A DNA stretch of 64,000 nt from the human T2T-CHM13v2.0 reference genome, Homo sapiens. The stretch lies in the NCBI RefSeq assembly GCF_009914755.1, contig NC_060943.1; one strand, 5' to 3'. The notes under the pieces are model-generated. The model was not told where the DNA came from, made no database searches, and saw only the letters and a program-made list of their open reading frames with translations. Shown piece by piece: positions 59,420 to 64,000 of the stretch. Position 1 is the stretch's first letter; each line of letters opens with the position of its first letter. A program made the position numbers and the translations under genes.

Positions 59420-59966
59420 TGAGTTTTTTTCTTTTAGTTAGTTTCTAAGGTGGTAGAAACATGGATGTATCTATAGGTTAAGAAGGAAGACAGAGAAGAG
59501 GGAAGGTGTGGAAACAGGGAAGGGAAGAAAGATGGAGTAAGAGTCATGCTGGGAGTCATGCTGGGATGAGCAATACACAGGTGGAGAGGAGGACAAGAAC
59601 AGAGCTTGAAGAAGTGAAATAAATATGGGTGTGGCTACATGAAGGGTTGTTTCATTTGTTTAAAAAAATCTTTATATATATATGTGTGTATATATATGTA
59701 TAAAAACCTATATATATATATATGTTTGATAACAAGTTGAAGGAAATCATGGTCCATTTGCCTCAATTTTATTTGTTGAGACTGAAAGGGTAGGGTTGTA
59801 GGGATGCTCAAGGGAGAAGGGTAAGTGAGAGAGGGGGCTGGCTAAGAAGTTTGAGTGACACCTATATGTGCTACTCTGCCACCATTTTTCCCTGAGCCAA
59901 GTTCTACCACCTGGACCACAGTTAGGGATATGCTGGCAAATGAGGCAGAAGGCTGGGGGTATAAGG

Positions 59967-60486
<520 letters not shown>

Positions 60487-60499
60487 GGCTAGGGTTGTA

Positions 60500-60985
60500 G
60501 GATTGTAAGGGAATTGAGAGCATATGCTGGTCATTTTCCATTTGCCCTCCAGGTCCACCCTCCATTCTTCTCTACCCATATGGGTGGCATCATCGGACCC
60601 CCCCTTGCTCTCTGACTTCAAATTAGGTTCCTCCCTAAAAGAAGCACCAGCAGGGCATCAGAGAACAGAAAAAGAAAGCATTCTGGATACTTCTTCTCCA
60701 ACTCCCAGCTCTGTGTCAGCACCTTGGTTCTGACAGTGGCTGTGCCCCTCCACAACTCCAGCTCCTCTCAGGCATGTTCCATGACTCTCACAGCACTCCA
60801 GTAATACCAATCCTTTCCTCACTCCTTCAGACCTAAGGGTGGTCACAGCTTCCTGCTGCCTTCACCTCCCTTGTTGGTTACCTCAACCCTGCCCACACCT
60901 CTGCAAAGAGTCCCTTCATTAAATTATCTTCAAAATCCCAGCTGTGGTGCCTTCTGTTTCCTGCTGGGACCTTGACTATTAGAGA
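60500..60985 (+). mobile_element. ERVL LTR remnant (LTR16/LTR33-like)
   Basis: CCCTCCAGGTCCACCCTCC...CCCTTCATTAAA...TTCCTGCTGGGACCTTGACT resembles this LTR class. Confidence 0.55.
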
Positions 60986-62306
60986 GCTAGTGAAAGAGCT
61001 CAGATGGTCCAATATGAGACTCTGGCTGGGCAAGGAAGGGAGAGAAGCCAGGAGGGGTCTGGCAGACTGGCAGAAAACAGAGGGATCAAGGGAGTAGAGC
61101 TCTCTTTGAGTTGACGCCACAGGTGTGATGGCAGTGAGGGGCTGTCAGATCTGAAAGGCAGGTGCTGGGATCAGAGAGCAGGATGCTGGATTTTGAACTG
61201 GGTTGTGGTTAAAATCAGGGATTTTTTATTTGGAACTCAGAAAGTCATGTGTTAGAATTCCGACTCTGCCATTTTACTAAATGTGTCACCCAGGCAAGTG
61301 ACTTTACCTTCCTGAGTGTATATCCTCATCTGTAAAATGAGGATACTAACACCAGCCTTCCAGGTTTGTGTCAGGCGTAAACACATGTAAAGCATTTGGC
61401 AAAGTGCCTGGCATGTGGTATAAGTGCTCTGTAAATGTTCACTATGTATGTTACACTTCCTGGTAATGACTAAACCCAAGGTGTGGTCATGGGAGTGGAT
61501 GACTAAAGTGGGATGAAGGTCACCAGAGATGAAGTGGAAAGAGACTGTGAGGCTAGATCATTACGAGGATGGATTATCAGGGACAGTTAAATATCCCAGC
61601 AGGAGAGCATGGGTTGGGGTGGAGAGGAAGTCTATGAGCAGGTGCTAGTCTTCAGGAACGAGGTGAAGTGACCAGGGAGTCAACGGATGTCAACAGGGAA
61701 GTGGGATAGAGGGTGGTGGAACCTGAGGACATAAGCCTCAAGGAAATCTGGGTCCTCAGTCCCTCTTACATCCCTTTGAGATGTCCCCAGTGATCATGTT
61801 CCCTACTAAGCCAGAGTTTATCAAGGGTGGGGTTGGATCTAACTCATCTTGTAGTACCTAGGACAGGTGTTTAAGCTGGTAAATGCTTGTTGAATGACTT
61901 GGTGTTTGAGGGAAACAGAAAAGTCTACCTCTGCATCGTATTTACCCTTGGTAATAATAATTCTTCTTATTTTAAGTAACCTAATGCTTCTTTTAAACCT
62001 CTTATTCAATTTAAACAAATATTTCCTGAGACCTTCATACATGCTATTCCATCTACCTGGAATACCCTCACCCACTCTATACACTCAAAGACCTCCTACT
62101 CCTCATTCAAGAAAGAGCAGAATTTAATTATTAGGAAGAAGAAAAGTAAACCACAATGATAAACTGCTACACATCCATCAGATCAGCAAAATTAAAGCAT
62201 CTGACAACACATAGTATTGGTGACAATGTGAAGCAAAGAGAGCTCTCATTCAGTGCTGGTGGGAGAGTAAACTGGTACTGACACTTCAGAAAAATAGTTG
62301 GAGAGT

Positions 62307-63102
62307 GTAGTGTGCAGAAAAATTTCCTGCAAAAGCCAGGCGCGGTGGCTCACGCCTGTAATCCCAGCACTTTGGGAGGCTGAGGCGGGCGGATCACGAA
62401 GTCAGGAGATCAAGACTATCCTGGCTAACACGGTGAAATCCCGTCTCTACTAAAAATACAAAAAAAAAAAAATAGCCGGGCGTGGTGGTGGGCGACTGTA
62501 GTCCCAGCTACTAGGGAGGCTGAGGCGGGAGAATGGCGGGAGGCGGAGCTTGCAGTGAGCCAAGATCGGGCCACTGCACTGCAACCTGGGCGACAGAACG
62601 AGACTCCGTCTCAAAAAAAAAAAAAAAAAAAGAGGAAAGAAAAATTTCCTGCGAAAGATGTCCAGACTGAAGCTCTGGAACCTGTGAATGTTACCTTAAA
62701 TGGCAAAAAGGACTTTGCAGATGTAATTAAAGATTGTGAAATGAAGAGATTATCCTGGATTATTTGGGTGGGCCCTTAAAGCAATCACATATACCCTTCT
62801 AAGAGGGAGGCAGAGGAAGATTTGACACAGACAGAAGAGGAGAAGGCACCACAGAAGCAGAGATTGGAGTGATGCTGCCACAAGCCAAGGGATGGTGGTG
62901 GCTACCAGAAGCTGAGATAGGCAAGGAACACATTCTCCCCTAAGCCTCAGGAGGGAGTGCAGTCCTGCTGGCACCTTAATTTCAGTCTAGTGGAACTGGT
63001 TTTAGATTTCTGGCTTCCTGAACTGTGAGAAAATACATTTATATTGTGTTAAGCCAGCACGTTTATGGTAATTTGTTATAGCAGTTACAAGAAACAGTAT
63101 AG
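62307..63102 (+). mobile_element. MLT1 LTR interrupted by an AluY (62334-62632), nested in L1M (~62120-62306 and ~63103-63500)
   Basis: MLT1 words TGAATGTTACCTT..TGGCAAAAAGGACTTTGCAGATGT...GTAATTTGTTATAGCAG; the Alu has TSD GAAAAATTTCCTGC; L1M words CTGGAAACAACCCAAATGTCCATC flank it. Confidence 0.85.
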
Positions 63103-63505
63103 ACAGCCAAACCCATGCATACGCATACCTATGTCCAGCAATTCTATTTCCAGGTATATCCCTATAGAAACATAAGCATTTGTTCACCAAAAACCATGCA
63201 CAAGAATGTTCATAGCAGCATTATTCATAATAGCCTCCAACTGGAAACAACCCAAATGTCCATCAAAAGGTCAGTGCATGAACTCATTGTGTATATTCAT
63301 ACAATGGAGTACCATGATACGCCAATAAAAATGAGTCAACTACAGATAAGCAGAATATAGAAGAATCTCACAAACACAACGCTGGGTAAAGGAAACCAGA
63401 CACAACAGCAAACATATGGTATGATTCCATTTATATTATGTTCAAGAAGAGATAAAATTAACTCTATCACTGAGTGATGAAAAACTAGAAAATTGAAGAA
63501 AAGCA

Positions 63506-64000
63506 AGGCGGTGGCTCATGCCTGTAATCCCAGCACTTTAGGAGGCTGAGGCGGATCGCTTGAGCCCAGGAGTTCAAGACCAGCCTGGGCAACATAGTGA
63601 GACCCCGTCTCTACAAAAAAAATAATAATAATAAGCCAGGTGTGGTGGTGCATGCCTGTAGTCCCAGCTACTCAAGAGGCTGAGGTGGATTGCTTGAGCC
63701 CAGGAGTTTGAGGTTACAATGAGTTGTGATCGTGCCACTGCACTCCATTCTGGGTAACAGAGCAAGACCCTGTTGAAAGAAGCAAAAGAAAAAGAGAAAG
63801 AGGAAGAAAGAAATGAAGGAAGAAAGTGAGGGAGAGAGGAAGGAAGGAAGGGAGGAAGAAAGAAAGGAAGAGATCGGGTGCCGTGGCTCATGCCTGTAAT
63901 CCCAGCACTTTGGGAGGCCGAGGCTGGCGGATCACCTGAGATCAGGAGTTCGAGACCAGCCTGGCCAACATGGTGAAACCCCACCTCTACTAAAAATATA
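63506..64000 (+). mobile_element. AluJ (63506-~63800) and the start of another Alu (63872 to window end)
   Basis: Alu consensus words. Confidence 0.9.

Overview
Human genomic DNA (Alu/MIR/L2-rich, GC-rich) covering the 5' regulatory region of POU2F2 (Oct-2), which lies on the minus strand; from recall this is chr19q13.2. The canonical first coding exon (MVHSSMGAP, phase-1 donor) is at 1760-1787 and MIR4323 is at 2821-2889. The remaining ~60 kb contains a distal CpG-island promoter (~45-47 kb) with two alternative first exons, a 61-nt cassette exon (29707-29767), a candidate 13-nt neural-type microexon (27388-27400), a probable antisense lncRNA (~21.9-26.9 kb), several CpG/AT islets with CUT-domain (ATCRAT) motifs, CTCF motifs, many retroelements, and a mitochondrial COX1 fragment (NUMT) lodged in the middle of an Alu. 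The most notable inference is a reading-frame switch: the 45.3-kb first exon, alone or with the 61-nt exon, is out of frame with Oct-2, and adding the 13-nt microexon puts it in frame, creating new N-termini. The long ORFs in the supplied track appear to be chance ORFs from repeats, low-complexity or GC-rich DNA.
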